From assembly GCF_004010195.1 (NCBI RefSeq), contig NC_057724.1:29236113-29300112 (forward strand): a stretch of 64,000 nucleotides of DNA, written 5' to 3'. This document shows positions 63,542 to 64,000 of the stretch, one piece after another (positions within the stretch are counted from its first letter, which is position 1; every line of letters starts with the position of its first letter). The position numbers and the translations under genes are program-made. This stretch comes from Chiloscyllium plagiosum (Eukaryota). The notes under the pieces are model-generated. The model was not told where the DNA came from. It was given only the letters and a program-made list of their open reading frames with translations, and did no database searches.

Positions 63542-63633
63542 ATTTCTGCAGATGCACCATGGAGTGCTGAACGTGCAATGGAGTTGGATAACATGACCAT
63601 GAAAGAGTTAATTGATAAACTTTGCTGGACAAG
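63542..63633 (+). CDS. Monoamine oxidase exon 5: [30 protein letters not shown]
   Basis: Acceptor ctgttag, 92 nt, donor AG|gtaagt. The gene continues beyond the window. Confidence 0.93.
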
Positions 63634-63659
63634 GTAAGTAACTCTTGATTCCTAAGCTG

Positions 63660-64000
63660 CTAACAGATGTGACAATATCTTGATTTTTCCAGTTTATATG
63701 TAGATTAAAGTCATCCATTCTTATTATTGTCCCTTTATCACAATCACCCAATATTTGTTGATGTATACACTCTCCTGCGCTGTGGGTACTGTTAAAGAGC
63801 TTGTAGATGACTCCCAATTGTAGCTTTGTTCCCCTACTATTCCTCATCTCTAGCCAATCCAAACCTACAACCTGTTCAACTGAACTAAGGTAATCTCTAA
63901 CTATTATTTAAATGCTAATCATAATTAACAATACTACCTCTTCTCATTGACATTGTATCCCTTTCATCTTAAATGTCATATACCTTCCATATTCAGGACT
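63660..64000 (-). mobile_element. CR1 endonuclease fragment
   Basis: ORF 63608..63862: WLEMRNSRGTKLQLGVIYK...MDDFNLHINW. Confidence 0.75.

Noticed and set aside
63546-63551. Alternative acceptor ctgcag for MAO exon 5
   Set aside because: It would give an 82-nt, frameshifting exon. The upstream ttag gives the MAO-typical 92 nt.
1-64000. CRISPR arrays, operons or other prokaryotic systems
   Set aside because: The sequence is intron-containing vertebrate DNA; no regularly spaced repeat-spacer array or dense ORF packing is seen.

Overview
Eukaryotic, repeat-rich vertebrate DNA. HE1-type SINEs, CR1 LINEs and Penelope termini point to a cartilaginous fish (shark); the species cannot be fixed from sequence alone. 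Three spliced genes, mostly missed by the ORF track, can be rebuilt by hand. (1) CMC4, minus strand, 2 coding exons, 68 aa. (2) BRCC3/BRCC36, plus strand, 8 coding exons, 261 aa. It lies head-to-head with CMC4 across a CpG-rich promoter and has an AT-AC U12-type intron at 14634-17930. (3) The first five coding exons of a monoamine oxidase (MAO) gene, plus strand, from 30844 and running off the window; its position next to BRCC3/CMC4 suggests a paralog distinct from the canonical MAOA/B locus. Introns and intergenic DNA hold decayed CR1, L1, L2, Rex1 and Penelope elements, SINEs and probable Harbinger relics. The most notable non-annotated signals are minimal hammerhead-ribozyme cores in several Penelope-type repeat ends (one with an intact core at 49291-49327, minus strand), two fold-back Penelope palindromes inside introns, two local 200-265 bp direct duplications, and an RFX X-box cluster just downstream of BRCC3 exon 1. 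Coordinates were counted by hand, and repeat boundaries are approximate.
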